Source: the human T2T-CHM13v2.0 reference genome, Homo sapiens. Taken from it: a DNA stretch of 64,000 nt. Position 1 is the first letter of the stretch. Every line of letters starts with the position of its first letter. Of this stretch, positions 17,030-29,951 are shown in pieces. Where the stretch lies: the NCBI RefSeq assembly GCF_009914755.1, contig NC_060947.1. The stretch is one strand, 5' to 3'. The position numbers and the translations under genes are program-made. Below the pieces are notes generated by a model that did no database searches, was not told the DNA's origin, and saw only the letters and a program-made list of their open reading frames with translations.

Positions 17030-17250
17030 TAGCTACCACTTAATGAGCACTATGTGGATGATACTATTCGAAAGCTTTACACCCTTCATTTTATTTAATC
17101 CCCACAATCATCCTGAGATAAACTCTATTATTCATATTTTACAGATGACTCAACTAAGGCTCAGGGAGGTAAGGTAGCATGATCAAAGTGTCTATCAGAA
17201 AGTGATAGAGATGGAACCTGAACCCAGGCAATATGGCTCCAGAACACATA
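17030..17250 (-). mobile_element. MIR
   Basis: MIR core: tttaatccccacaatcatcctgag...attttacagatgactcaactaaggctcagggaggtaag. Confidence 0.8.
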
Positions 17251-17504
17251 CTCCAACCCCTAGGCATATTTTCTCCCTTAGCTTGTGAGAGCCAATGCCT
17301 TTCCGGTGTATATTGCTTGAAATCTATTATATTTGAACCCCTCAGGAGCACAGGTGTCATCAGCCTCGTCTCTGCGTCCCTATTGTTTCCTCTTCCCTTC
17401 ACTTGGTTCAAAAAGAACTGTTCTGCTTTTCCACTAAGCCTCTTCACCATTTGACTGCTACTATCTGGGGAAGCCTCTCTATCTGCACTCTGTATCTAGA
17501 GTGT

Positions 17505-17670
17505 TCCTTGCTGCTCGAAATATACTCCACGGTCCAGCAGCATCAGCATCACCAGGGAACTTGTTAGAAATGAAGCATCTCAGGTATCACCCCAGACTAC
17601 TGAATCAGAATCTGCATTTTAACAGACTCTCAGGTGATTCGTGTGCACATTGAAGCTCGAGAGCAGCGCT
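17505..17670. mobile_element. MER5A/B hAT-Charlie element
   Basis: ccagcagcatcagcatcaccagggaacttgttagaaatg...ctactgaatcagaatctgcattttaaca. Confidence 0.85.
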
Positions 17671-20259
17671 CTCCATCTTTTGCAGTACTTACTCCCTTAG
17701 TAATTCCTTGCTGGAGTGTTCCGTACACAGAAGTCTAAAATCTATGGCTTGAAAGGGAGGGAATCATTTAAGCTGTTCCCTGTTCTCTGGCCTTTAGGAG
17801 CTCCAAAATCAGTCAGAGACCATGCTAAGAGTAGATCTTGCTGTCATTAGACTAACAAATATGTGGACGAAATGAAAAGACAGCCACGTTAGCCATGATT
17901 TCCTTTCCATATTTCATTCATGCTCTCCCTGTATCTCACACTGCCACAACACAGATGCTTTCTTTTATATCATGGGAACATTTTTAATTAAAGCATTGGA
18001 ACCTTTGAGAATAGACAATCCTTTAAAAGTTAAGTTTATCTGTATTTACAAGCCTCCATTTATTTGGCAGTGACAATAGGAAAAAAAAACTGCTGCTAAA
18101 GGCATATAGAGGAATGATTAAGCTAATTTACAATAATTGCTTTAATCTTGACATATTGAATTGTAGTGTCTAACTCTTTGAGTTCTCTCGGTCTGAGGTA
18201 AAGGAAAAATATAACACTGTGTTCGATATTGTACCTCTGAAGCACAATGGAAATTTTGCCCTACAGTGCCAGCCTGTCACCCATGGTGTCCATGTGATAG
18301 AAGGGGAGAGATCACCCGCAATGTCTAATTGCCACTGTACTCACTCCTGTGCTTTAAGATAGAAAGCCCATGTTCAGAAGCAAAGCCATTAGCAGCTATT
18401 AATTGCTTAGCTCTAATAAATTGTCCAGACCAGGACTTAATTAGGGAAGACATTTAGGAACAGGACACAGGACAAGAGGACATAAAGGAGAGCCAGGAAT
18501 GAGATGAAACCTGAGCAGCCAGGAAGGCCAGGAAGGGGCCCAGGATGGAGAGAGGGTAGTTGAGATATCCGGATGTCAACTTTACTTACTTTCTGATCGC
18601 GTTTCAAGACAGTCCGGCTGGTTGCTTCTTCTAAAGACTCCTATAGTTTTGCATCTATACCTCTCCAGGAAGCACCTGGAGTAGGAAGAGCCGTGGTATC
18701 TAAGGTGATATGAATGGTTTCTTTTTGCTCTTGGCAGCTCTGCTCACCCCTGCCTCCCCTGAAGCTGTCTACTTCTCTGCTTGATGGGACTGGCTGGGTC
18801 AGGCCTGGTTTTGCTTTCTGACTGACTCAGGTCTGAGTCACTGATCAAGAGGAGGAAGTCCTAATCATGGGTGCAGCCCTTTCAAGTAAGAAACATGGAA
18901 TTTCATCAAAAGGGACTGTGAGCTCTCCGAGACATTTGGCTGACAGTTATTGTCCCATTATTGCACTTTTAGAGAAACTACATTCTTCATCTTTGGCCCT
19001 TCGTGAACTCTGCTCCACCAGTGATTTCAATCTCAAAGTTTCCTGAAGGGCTTTGGCCAGATGTGACCAACAGCTCATCATGAGCTGATATCTGGTATAC
19101 GGCCTCAAACAATAGGAAGAAGATGATCATTGTATTCATGCAACATTTATATAGGTGTCTCTCTCCAGATTCTGGCAAGAAATTGCAAAAAAATGAACTA
19201 TTGCTTTTGAATTGGAAACAAAGTACTCGGCTGCTAAAAATGTGGCACTGCAGCCCACTTACAACAGTTGAGGGCATTACAACAGTTGGACTCTCTTGGT
19301 GTCATTCCTTTAAAGAAAAGCATTATCAGCAAGAAGCAAATATGGGTCATTCTTATTAATATTTCCATACTCTAACTTCCTTCTGAGGGGCTTGGTGCAT
19401 TCTAACTCAATTATCTCACTTATCTTTGAGGGCTTTTGATTATCTTGGGTGGGGTTGTGGGACAGGGAGGGTCGACACACAAGCACATATCCTTTAAGAG
19501 CTCACAGATGCTTTTACATCTAGCAACTTGTCTGAGCCTCGTAAGTCTATGAGGTCTACAGAGATGATCATACCTTATTTGTGAAAGAACCATGTTTGAA
19601 AGCCAGGGCTTCCAGCACTATATCCCAAATACCCCGAGAGCTGTGGCTCTCAGCACCACTGTTGCTGTAGACAGCATTCACTGTTCTTTAACTTCCAAGG
19701 ATGTCAGGGTAGCCGTGCGCTTGCAAAGAGGGGGCACCAGGGCTTTTTTCTTCCCCTGCTTCATTTGCTCTTTATTTCTTACACTCTGACTCCTTATTGA
19801 AGGTTTGGGGCCCTAAATGCAGTTTCTTTAGCTGTCTCTTTCCCTCCAACCCCAGGTAGTATTTTAGCCTGGATAGTTCCCATAGGTATTTCTTTATACC
19901 TAAATTCAAAAGTGTTTCTTGACTTCCTTAAACCTATGCCCTTTTATGATCAACATCTTGCATGTCCTACCATTTCTCCCCCTCCCCTGACCCTTGCAAA
20001 GACACTGGAATGGACATTCATCCCCAGTGGAGAGTTCAGGCTCCTGGTTTCCATAGCCTTCATCTTATCCCTACCAGCAGCCACATTTTTACGAATCTTT
20101 ATTTCCTGTTTTAAGAAAGCAATATGCCTATTTTTTCTCTGCGATATAAGGTAGCATAATATTGATAGGATCTTTCAAACTATTTCTCTCTGGCCCTGGT
20201 TCTGAAACATATAGCCCCTTGAGAAACATGGCTCTATTATTACCTATCAAGTTTTATTA

Positions 20260-20415
20260 TATTTAAAACTGTTTCCACATCTGTCCCCCTAAACCGTGAC
20301 CTCCTTGAGGATGGGGATATAATCTGGTTAATCTTTGTATCTGCAAATGCCAAGCAGAGTGCCAGGTACATAAATTGTTGAACGAACGAACGAATGAATG
20401 AATGAATGAATAAAT
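20260..20415 (+). mobile_element. L2 3' end with (GAAT)n tail
   Basis: cagagtgccaggtacataaattgttgaacgaacgaacgaatgaatgaatgaatgaat. Confidence 0.8.
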
Positions 20416-21409
20416 AGTGCCAGAAGAAGACAATGCTACTCCATCATTTCCCCCATGTCTTGCTCTGTTTTTAGCCAAAGTACAAACTGGAAGTGTCTAA
20501 GATATTTTAACACCCAACTATGAATAGTGTCAATGAAAATGACAATAGTTCCCTTCTCTGTTCCCCCATTCTGTCTATTTTCCCATAGAATCTTTACTGC
20601 TCAGGTTCTATATGCTTCTGCTTGACTAATTATACACTTCTTTCTTTCTTCTTGAATGTTTAAACTGACAGTAATTGCCCAGAACTGAATGCATGACCTC
20701 TAAGAATCTAATACTACTAAAAAGGGACTGGTTTCACATTCTAATCTGGCTGTCATAATCATCCTCAAGAGGATTGATTCAGTAACTTGGAAGAGGTTGC
20801 CATGTCAAAATAAAGGTTCAGCTCAGCTCCACTGGTCAGCCTACCAGCTGCACCTGAACTTGAAAATACCTTTGTATTGTTAGTTGTTCACATTTCTTTT
20901 TATAATCAATAGATCCATGCATCTGGAGTGAAGAATCAAGTATTTTGTTTTGTTTTACTTCATTTCAATTTTTAATCTATCTAAGTTTCTGTAAAATATA
21001 ATAAAAATAAATTACTAGATAAATATAATGGAAAAAAGTCATGCAAAATAAAAGCTCCCATCTTTTTTAGAGTCAACAGACACCAGAGTACTCTGTTAAA
21101 TTGCTGTAAGGTTCCTGAATGCTTACTCTCAACAGCTACGCTTACCTCATCTCACCCCCCTCAACCCATGATTCTGGGATTACATCAATCTGTAAAGCAA
21201 GAAGTGAGGAGTGCTGCATGAGACTGTGTGCTTATCTAGGCCTTAACCAAACCTTATTAAGGCCTGAATTGTCCTTGAATCCCCAGAGCCTAGCCTCCAT
21301 TATACCTAGTGGTTATTGTGTCCAAGTGAATGCCGGTGCCCTTCTTTAAAGGTCTATCCACCTTGTGAGTGTGAGTTAGAATTGATGTAAATGATTCAGC
21401 ACTGTAATT

Positions 21410-21640
21410 AAAGGTGCAATCTCTAGAGACAGACTCAGTTTTAAACTTCTGGTTTAGCCACTTACCAGCTATAAGACCTTGAGCAAGTTATTTAACCTCT
21501 CCGTGCTTCAGTTTTTTTTATTTATAAACTGGGGATAATTATAGTATCTATCCCATAGTGATGTTGTGAGGAATACAAGATGTGACGCATTTAAGATACT
21601 TAGCAAACTGTCTGGCACATAGTACAAACTCAGTAAGGTT
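21410..21640 (+). mobile_element. MIR
   Basis: ccacttaccagctataagaccttgagcaagttatttaacctctccgtgcttcagttt. Confidence 0.85.
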
Positions 21641-21660
21641 GGCTCTTATCTCCACGTGAC

Positions 21661-22003
21661 TGCCTTAATTCATTCAGGCTGCTATAACACAATACCATAA
21701 ACTGGGTGATTTGTAAACAACAGAAATTTACTTCTCATAGTTCTGGAGGATGGGAGGTTCAAGATCAAGGTGCTGGCAGATTTGGAGTCCAATGAGGGTC
21801 CACTTTCTAATTCATAGATGGTGTTTTTCTGTTCTCACATAGTGAAAGGGGTATCTCTTTTGTGAAGGCACTAATCCCAATCATAAGGGATTCCACTTCA
21901 TGACCCCATCACCACCCACAGGCTCTGCCCCTTAATACTATCACCTTGGGGGTTAGGATTTCAACATGAATTTCGGGGGCACATAAACCTTCAGACCATA
22001 GCA
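21661..22003 (-). mobile_element. MLT1A-type solo LTR
   Basis: TG...CA ends; caggctgctataacacaataccataaactgggtg; TSD GTGAC/ATGAC (4/5). Confidence 0.85.
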
Positions 22004-22359
22004 ATGACTAATAAATGGTGTTAATGTCCCCTTCATTTCATAAGAGAGTGAAATTCCAAGTTTACAGTCCTACAGGCCCCTCAACCCATGACTCTGGGAT
22101 TACAGAAATTGCTCTAAGGCATGCTGTCCCTTCTCCCTTTTTTCTACTCAGAGTAATGTCTCATTCTCATTGCTCCCAACAAGGCTCCTGCACCCTGGCA
22201 AATCAGTTTACTTACTATTGTTCCCTTATACTCAGCTAGCTAATTCTCACTTGTTGACATTTTCCCAGGACCACCATCAACCTGGATCACCCTCTTCTTT
22301 CATCTCTGTTATAGTCATTTTCCTTGTTCAAAATCAATCTCCAAAATAGCCTCCATAAA

Positions 22360-22540
22360 CAGTAGTTCTCAAACTTTAATGTTCATCGCGATCACCTGGG
22401 GAGACTGTTAAGCATGCCCTTTCCTGAGCTCCACCTCAAATTCTGATTTACGAGGTCTGGGGTGAAGCCCAGGAATTTAATTTTTAAAATAAGGCCTCCC
22501 TCTGTCTACCCCTCCAACTGCCAGGGGACTCTGAGGCATT
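22360..22540. mobile_element. MER5A-like element
   Basis: cagtagttctcaaactttaatgttcatcgcgatcacctgggg...ttctgatttacgaggtctggggtgaagcccaggaattt. Confidence 0.75.
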
Positions 22541-22849
22541 AACTTTTTTGGGTCATAGACTGACAAAAAATGTTTTATAAGAAAACATGAATTAACACCA
22601 CTTGAATCAATTCTTTCTCTGAACTTTCTTAAATGCTAATACTTTTAATAAAGTAACACCATATTAATTCAGCTTCATTAAATTGGAAGTCTTGATACTT
22701 GGACAGAAGCTAGGCTGCCAAAAAGAGAGGTGGGAGGCTGAGGATGAATCTCCCTTCAAGATGATAAGTAGAGCTAGCCATGCATATTTAGATAGGTGCC
22801 AATTAATTCTTTGCTGATTTATTCATTGACAAAATTCTTTGTTTAGTCC

Positions 22850-23590
22850 ACTCAAGGTCTCATCTACTATTTCTCTCACTTGGATTATTGCCCTAGTCTC
22901 TTACCCAGTTCCCCACTTCCTCTGATGCTGCCCGATAGTCTATTTTCCACATTCAACAGAAAACAATTGAAAGGTTTTATTCAGGTGAGTGATACACTAG
23001 AATTTTATTTTTTAAAGATCACACCGGTGTTTATCGTAGGATAAGGGCCAAAAGCTTGATTAGGATCTACAAGGCCCTGCATAGTCTACTCCCAACTACC
23101 TTTCCAGCCTCATCTTGTTTTATATGCCCCCTTTCTTTCAGTTCCACGATTAGGAACAGTTCCTTCTGCTGCAGAACCTGTGCATAAGCTCTTTCATCAA
23201 TTTGGAATGTTCTTCTCAGCATCCCCTCCTAACCCCGTGTACCCACTCAGACACACACTTAGTTAACCCCTACTTATCTTTTGAATCTTAGCTCAAATGT
23301 CTCTTCCACAGAGATATCTCCCTGGCTTCCCACTCTAAGTCAGCTTTCATTGCTATATGTTTTCAGAGAATCATGTTACTTTTCCTCAGAATACTTGTAT
23401 CGGTTTGTGATTACACAGTCATTATTATTACTGTAATTATTCAATCAATGCCCATCTTCTCTTGTAGATGGCAAGCTCCCTGAGGACCCAAAGCATATCT
23501 ATTTTTGCTTGTCACTATATCCTCTGCATCTAGCATAATGATCAGCATACAGCAAGCCCTTAATAAACGTATGTTAAGAAATGAACAGGA
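22850..23590 (+). mobile_element. L2 3' region with an internal micro-inversion
   Basis: tctctcacttggattattgc...tagatggcaagctccctgagg...ctagcataatg...taataaacgtatgttaagaaatgaa. Confidence 0.75.
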
Positions 23591-24691
23591 TGAATCCCTT
23601 CTGTTCCTTCCCAGAGCAGACCACAATGATCTAAACTTCTCTAGTTTCTTCCCAAAGCTAACACTGTCTTGACTGTGTAGGAGTGTGTGTGTGTGACATG
23701 AGTTCAAACTCCCCTAGAGGGAAAACCCCGGTCAAGGTAATAGGACTCAAAACCTACCCACTTAACCTTTAAGCTTTTGGCCAGCTCCATCCGCCAGGGG
23801 ATGAGACAAGCCTGATCCTGATGGCTCCTGCCCATTGGCCTTTGCACTGAATAGTTAGCTTGTTTCTAGAAGTCACCCGGGCATCATGGTAAAGATGGGA
23901 TCCTTGTTCAAGTCATTAAGTTGCAGTTCAGCATTATCAAATCTTGTTAGCTATCACCTTAACTAGCAAATGCCTTCTATATTAAACACTGAGTAATTTT
24001 ACTTTGATTAAGTTATCCATCCCACTCCTTCTGATATGCATGTAATTATAGTTCTTGAAGTGAAATCGAGGAGGAATGGTAACAAGATATTGCTGGTGAC
24101 AGTGATGGGGGGATGAATGGGTTGCTAGTGTAGTGTGATGTGTCATTTCTTAGCCCAGATGCCATTCAGAATTTCACAAGAGTGGTGCCACCATTTTACA
24201 TAAAAGCCACATCAACAACCTGGAAAGCTTCAGCTAAAATCACATCTGAGGTTCAAGAGTTGAAGTATATTGACTCCTTGTCCCTATTGCTCCCAGCATA
24301 AGTAAACTCCACATAAATCCTATGACTCCAGATGGATAGAGGCATAACATACTAATGTTTCTGTCAAAAAAAAAAAAAGCCTTAACTACAGAGCAACTGG
24401 ACAATTCAAATGATTTTCTAATTGGTCATAATTTTCCAAACATTGTAATATCACATACTGACCATATAATCCACCTGAGAAAAGGCATGCCGCAGGAAGA
24501 CCATAGGCATAACTGGCCTCACAATTACTCTGTCTAAATATTCTGCTAATTGGATTTTTTTTCAATTGTGACTATTTTAACTGTCCTTTCCAATGATGTA
24601 ATAAGTGATATTCTTCAACACGTGAGATGCTGTTGGCAAGCTCTGTGGATCTGAGTAATTTGAGTAGCTTTCAGCAGGTTTTGCAAAGCCA

Positions 24692-24698
24692 TTTTATT

Positions 24699-24741
<43 letters not shown>

Positions 24742-25026
24742 TTTTGAGACGGAGTCTTGCTCTGTCGCCCAGGCTGGACTGCAGAGGCGCGATCTCGGCT
24801 CACTGCAAGCTCCGCCTCCCGGGTTCACGCCATTCTCCTGCCTCAGCCTCCCCAGCAGCTGGGACTACAGGTGCCCGCCGCCACGCCCAGCTAATTTTTT
24901 GTATTTTTAGTAGAGACGGGGTTTCACCGTGTTAGCCAGGATGGTCTCGATCTCCTGACCTTGTGATCCGCCCGCCTCGGCCTCCCAAAGTGCTGGGATT
25001 ACAGGTGTGAGCCACCACACCCGGCC
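24692..25026 (-). mobile_element. AluY with (TTTA)n tail
   Basis: Y diagnostics gcaagctccgcc, ttcacgccattc and gttagccaggatggtctcgatc. Degenerate TSD aaagccatttta/aaagtcctttta. Confidence 0.95.
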
Positions 25027-25499
25027 TAAAGTCCTTTTAATACAATGATTTTTTCAAATGAGTATGCCTTGTATGTATGTGTTATGACTTTTCCTTTTTA
25101 GTTTTAACTTGTAAATGGAATAAAATTCAAACAAAAGTAGTGTTAATATGAAAGTATAAAAAGAAAATATCCAAAGTGCCATACTTTTCAGATAATCTCA
25201 ACCCATCCTCTGTTAACTTGTACATATGTCCATTAGTCTCTGTGATTAGGAAGCATATTGGAAAATTTATTTCCTTGGTGATACCCAGGTTTTGTTCAAT
25301 ATATAATTTTAAGTTTCTCAATAAGACCATCTGTTATGTAAAATAATCTCTTCATTTCCTGAAAATTCATTTACAAAATGTTTGGAAAGTGTCCATTTGA
25401 TATAATTATTCCTTGCCTACTCTCTTTTCCCAATCTCCATTAAAATATGCATGAGGATTTTTTTTTAAATGAGGTAATCAGTGAGATCAGATGACAAGT

Positions 25500-25760
25500 T
25501 ACTACAGTACCCAGCTCCTTTGCCATGGATAACTGGACTGTGGATAGACACTAGACCCAAAGGCAGTATTTATAGGCTGACCAGTGGCCTATGGGGTGGA
25601 GCGGCATAAGAATTCTAACCAATCAGATCCTCACTCAAAGGGATTTTCAATTTGAGACTCAAAATATCAGCCCATTGGTCAGTAGTCATAGAAGTAAAAG
25701 CAGAAACAGAATAGCTGAGCTAACCTAATAGCAGAGCTCCTTGTGAGAGGACAGCTTACT
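25500..25760. mobile_element. Possible old ERVL LTR fragment (LTR16/LTR33-like)
   Basis: gacccaa...accaatcagatcctc...tttgagac motifs typical of old ERVL LTRs; weak match. Confidence 0.3.
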
Positions 25761-27224
25761 GTTGTATGATGAACAGTGGTGAAGTTATTTAGATGGCTTG
25801 TGTAGTTTATTTAAAATAAACTTTGATTGACTGAGATGTGCTGAGCATGTCACTATTCTGTGTAACTTGACTGTGCCTAACACATGGATCAACTTTTTAA
25901 AATGTTCTGAAGTCCAGTTGTCAATGTAGAGCAAATAGAGGCTGAACAAAGATAAGAAACCAGGTCTCTTCATTCCTAGTCTAATGATATTTACAAGATC
26001 AACTTTACTTTCTTTCAGAAAAGCTTTAGACCTCAATGAGATACTGTTATTTCTTCAGACTTGCTGCTATCAACTGCATCAACACTATGATGCTATCTTA
26101 TGTATAGGAAAGCCTGATGACAATCTGTGAAAGGACAGGCAAATTTCCAGGTGATATATGTAAAATATTTGATTGACAAAAACGTCACTGCTAGGAATTA
26201 AAGAAAAGCTACACGTAGTCACTCAAAGCTCTGGTGAGGGAAACTCGCACCCAGAACCACACTTAACTCTTCAGTTGGAAAACAATTTTTGTCAAATGTT
26301 TCAGTAGAAGCCTTTAAGTATGCTTTGTATGCTCAGATGTGATTAAATGTACCTCTTCTGAGTAAATCTGCCTCTACACCAGATCTGTTCAAAGTTTGGG
26401 GACAGTACCACCATTTCCCTTACTTCTTGGGATAGTATCCCCCAAGATTCAACTTTCTAGCAGTTATTATTTCAAGGCCAGGAAACTTTACCTAAATTAA
26501 GCTAAGAAATATAATGTCTCATGCTGATTTTTCAAAATTTAAATTCTCCATCTCTGAAAGATTTCTTTGTATTATGAGGTATCTGGACTGGTGAAACCTA
26601 ATTTGTAAGACTTTCCAAATATTGGTAGGTTCAGCTGATCTACAGAATCAAAGTGGCTTAAAAGAAACTTTGACTCTATTTCTTTGAACCTCCATGGCCA
26701 CATCTGTAAAATGAGAATGATAAAACTTGCCATGCCAATATAACCCTCCTGAATTTTAGAACATGAGAGTTGGAAATGCCTCTCCCAAGTGATCTCATCC
26801 ATCCTCCCTGCTTTACCCTGTGGTTAAGGTATGAGCATCAAATGAGATAACAGAGATGCGTTTAGAAGAATGCTACAAGGTATTAACATCATCACTCTTT
26901 GTTTTTATTTGAGTGATGCCATTACTAACTGTTCCAAAGGAGCTTCTTGGCTCTTTATTTATTGGTTATCTTGATTGAAAAGACCTCCAGACTAGCTAAA
27001 GTCCTGGACATTAGCTCTATGCAGAATAACAGCCAGTATTTTTTTTTTCTGTCTGTTCTCTCTGTTTCTGTCTCCACCTTTGATAGTTACATCTAAATTT
27101 ATCCCCAGAAAAACCAACATATATTCTTAACCAAGACAGCACTTCCTAATTTGTCCTGTTCAGGTCTCATCCTCCTTGTAGAAAACCAGTATGTCTTAGC
27201 TGAAAAAGCTTTGAGACATAATCT

Positions 27225-27610
27225 TGTCTAGAGACTCCTTAATGCCAGTCTGCAAACCAGCTGCATCTGAATTACCCAGGGGACTTTTGACAAATGTAGA
27301 CTTTTGTTTGTAGTTTTGTTAAACTCTTATTACAAAAAATTCAAACAAACAAAAAATGACAGCCTGTCATGAAGAACTCTTAGATACTTACCACCCAACT
27401 TACACAATTAACCACCCATGTTTAATCTTATTTCATTTATATTTCATCCAAATCTCATGTATAAATATTTCAAAATGCAAACATATATATTTCATTTTTG
27501 TTTTTTCAAATAAAAGTTCCTGGAATTCTGATTTGGTAGTTTTGGTATAGGGCCCGGGAATCTGTATTTGTAATAGATGAATCTGATATGCAATTTTCAG
27601 AACAGTTGTG
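27225..27610. mobile_element. MER5-like element split by an old L1 3' fragment
   Basis: MER5 halves at ~27230-27300 and ~27515-27600 flank a T-rich L1M-like segment. Confidence 0.5.
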
Positions 27611-27966
27611 TTTGATTCTCCTTCTCATACATAGAGAAATAGAAGCTAAACAAGGACGTCATTAGCTGAAGTTTACTCCATTGCTTTATCCCAAAGACGG
27701 GTTACTGTTTTGAAAGGAGAAATATTCTAAAGACCATTCAGAAGAAACAAAAACAAAAACAAAAACAAAACAAAGCAAAAAAACATTATTTGAGTGGTAA
27801 GTGCTTTGAAAATAACAGGCTAATACCAGGAGGCAAGGAAGCAACTTTCTGAGATGTCAACTAAGCAATGAAGCCTTCGCAGTCCACACTGAAGTCTCAT
27901 GCCTTTGAGCTCAGCCTTCATTGACTGGACTACTCATTTGGAAGTTAATCACAGGCAGCCTTGTGA

Positions 27967-28291
<325 letters not shown>

Positions 28292-28894
28292 AGATTTCAC
28301 TCTTAAATTGCCTTAACTCTCCAACCAAATTGTAAGCCTATGAAGGGTAGGGACCTTGCCTGATTCAGCTTTGTACCACTCTTCTCCCCACCTCCTAACA
28401 AAACCCCGTTTGGTGTCCTGTCACATGTGATATTTTATTGCAGTGCATTACTTCTTACTTTATATCACTAGGAGATTACTTCACCACATTTCTATGCTGA
28501 TGTGCTAAATGTAGAGAAAAAGTGAGTGTGTGTCATAATGTACCTAAATACAAGGACTATGTATTGTGATCTATGTGTCGTGATTCAAAAGGTTCTGTTG
28601 GAATGTCCTGAACCAAATTCATTTCTTCAGTGGCTCACCATATTGCCTGGAATTGCTACCCTTTATCATCTCTTTAAGTGACTGGATTGAAACCCTAAAG
28701 TTCACACAGGAGTTAATCCAGAAGCTCCTTAGCATAAATTAGCTGACAGAGCTGATTGCATTTATGATGCAGGTCTCTTTGATGTCATAAAGGGATCATA
28801 GGCTTCAGGTCGATAGCTCAATTAGGATTCTCCAGTGGAAGTTAAGGGGCTCTTGGGTACCCCATGGGTGGAACTACGTTTGCTGAAAAGGGGC

Positions 28895-29280
28895 ACAGTG
28901 GTTGAGAATGCAGGTTTTGGAGTGAGATGGATTTAAATCTCAGTCCTGAGTCTACCACTGACTAGTTAGTTATGTGACATTGGAGTAGTCACTTAACTTC
29001 TCTGACCCTCATTTCGTTCATCGGTAAAACAGAGGGTTAACAATAGAACTCAATTTCATTTATTCAACAAATTTGAGGGCCATCTATTTGCTAGGCACTG
29101 TGCTAGGGACTGGGGATACCAGATAACAAGGCCAGGTAAGGTCTCTGCAGTCCTGAACTTTAATTCTACATTTAAAATTTTGCTGAGGCTAACATGAGAT
29201 AATGCCCGTGAAGAACTTAGCGTGGTGGTTGGATTTGGGAAACACGACAAACATCACTTATCTTCATGGTTATTATTATC
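28895..29280 (+). mobile_element. MIR interrupted by an antisense L2 3' fragment (~29056-29170)
   Basis: MIR core at 28960-29050; cattattcaacaaatttgag-like L2 end; MIR resumes at atgagataatgcccgtgaagaacttagc. Confidence 0.7.
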
Positions 29281-29586
29281 CAGGAAAGAAGGTGAATGGC
29301 ACCACGGGAAAATATTTCACAATTTGCCCAAGACTCATGCTGGTAAAGAAAAAATTTGGCTCAGATCCCCCAAGCCTATGAGGAGGCTAGAAGCAACCCA
29401 CAAAAGGACATTTGAGGAATGGAGAAAAATCTCTCTCAACCAAGAAGATATTCTTATTTCTGCTTAAAACCACAGCATACCAAAAGAAGCGCTCTTACCA
29501 CAGCAGCCAATGCCATGTTGGGGTCTACTTAAGCCAGAATGTTTTTATCACGTGGGTTTGCGTGATAGCCAGAGCAACAGAGGTAT

Positions 29587-29951
29587 TGATAAGATTTGGC
29601 TGTGTTGCCTACAAAATCTCACCTTGAATTGTAGCTCCCATAATCCCCACATGTCATGGGAGGGACCTGGTGGGAGGTAATTGAATCATGGGGGGCAGGT
29701 TTTTTCCATGCTGTTCTCATGATAGTGAATAAGTCTCATGAGATCTGATGGTTTTATAAAGGGCAGTTTCCCTGCACACGCTCTCTTGCCTGCTGCCATG
29801 TCAGATGTGCCTTTGCTCCTCCTTCGCCTTTGGCCATAATTGTGAGGCCTCCCCAGCCGTGTGGAACTGTGGGTCCATTAAAACTCTGTTTCTTTATAAA
29901 ATACCCAGTTTCAGATATTTCTTCATACCAGTATGAGAATGGACTAATACA
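29587..29951 (+). mobile_element. THE1B/C-type MaLR solo LTR
   Basis: 365 bp, TGA...ACA ends, THE1 consensus throughout. Perfect TSD GGTAT at 29582-29586 and 29952-29956. Confidence 0.95.

Noticed and set aside
19259-19288. 12-bp near-tandem repeat TTACAACAGTTG x2
   Set aside because: An ordinary short duplication with nothing to suggest function.
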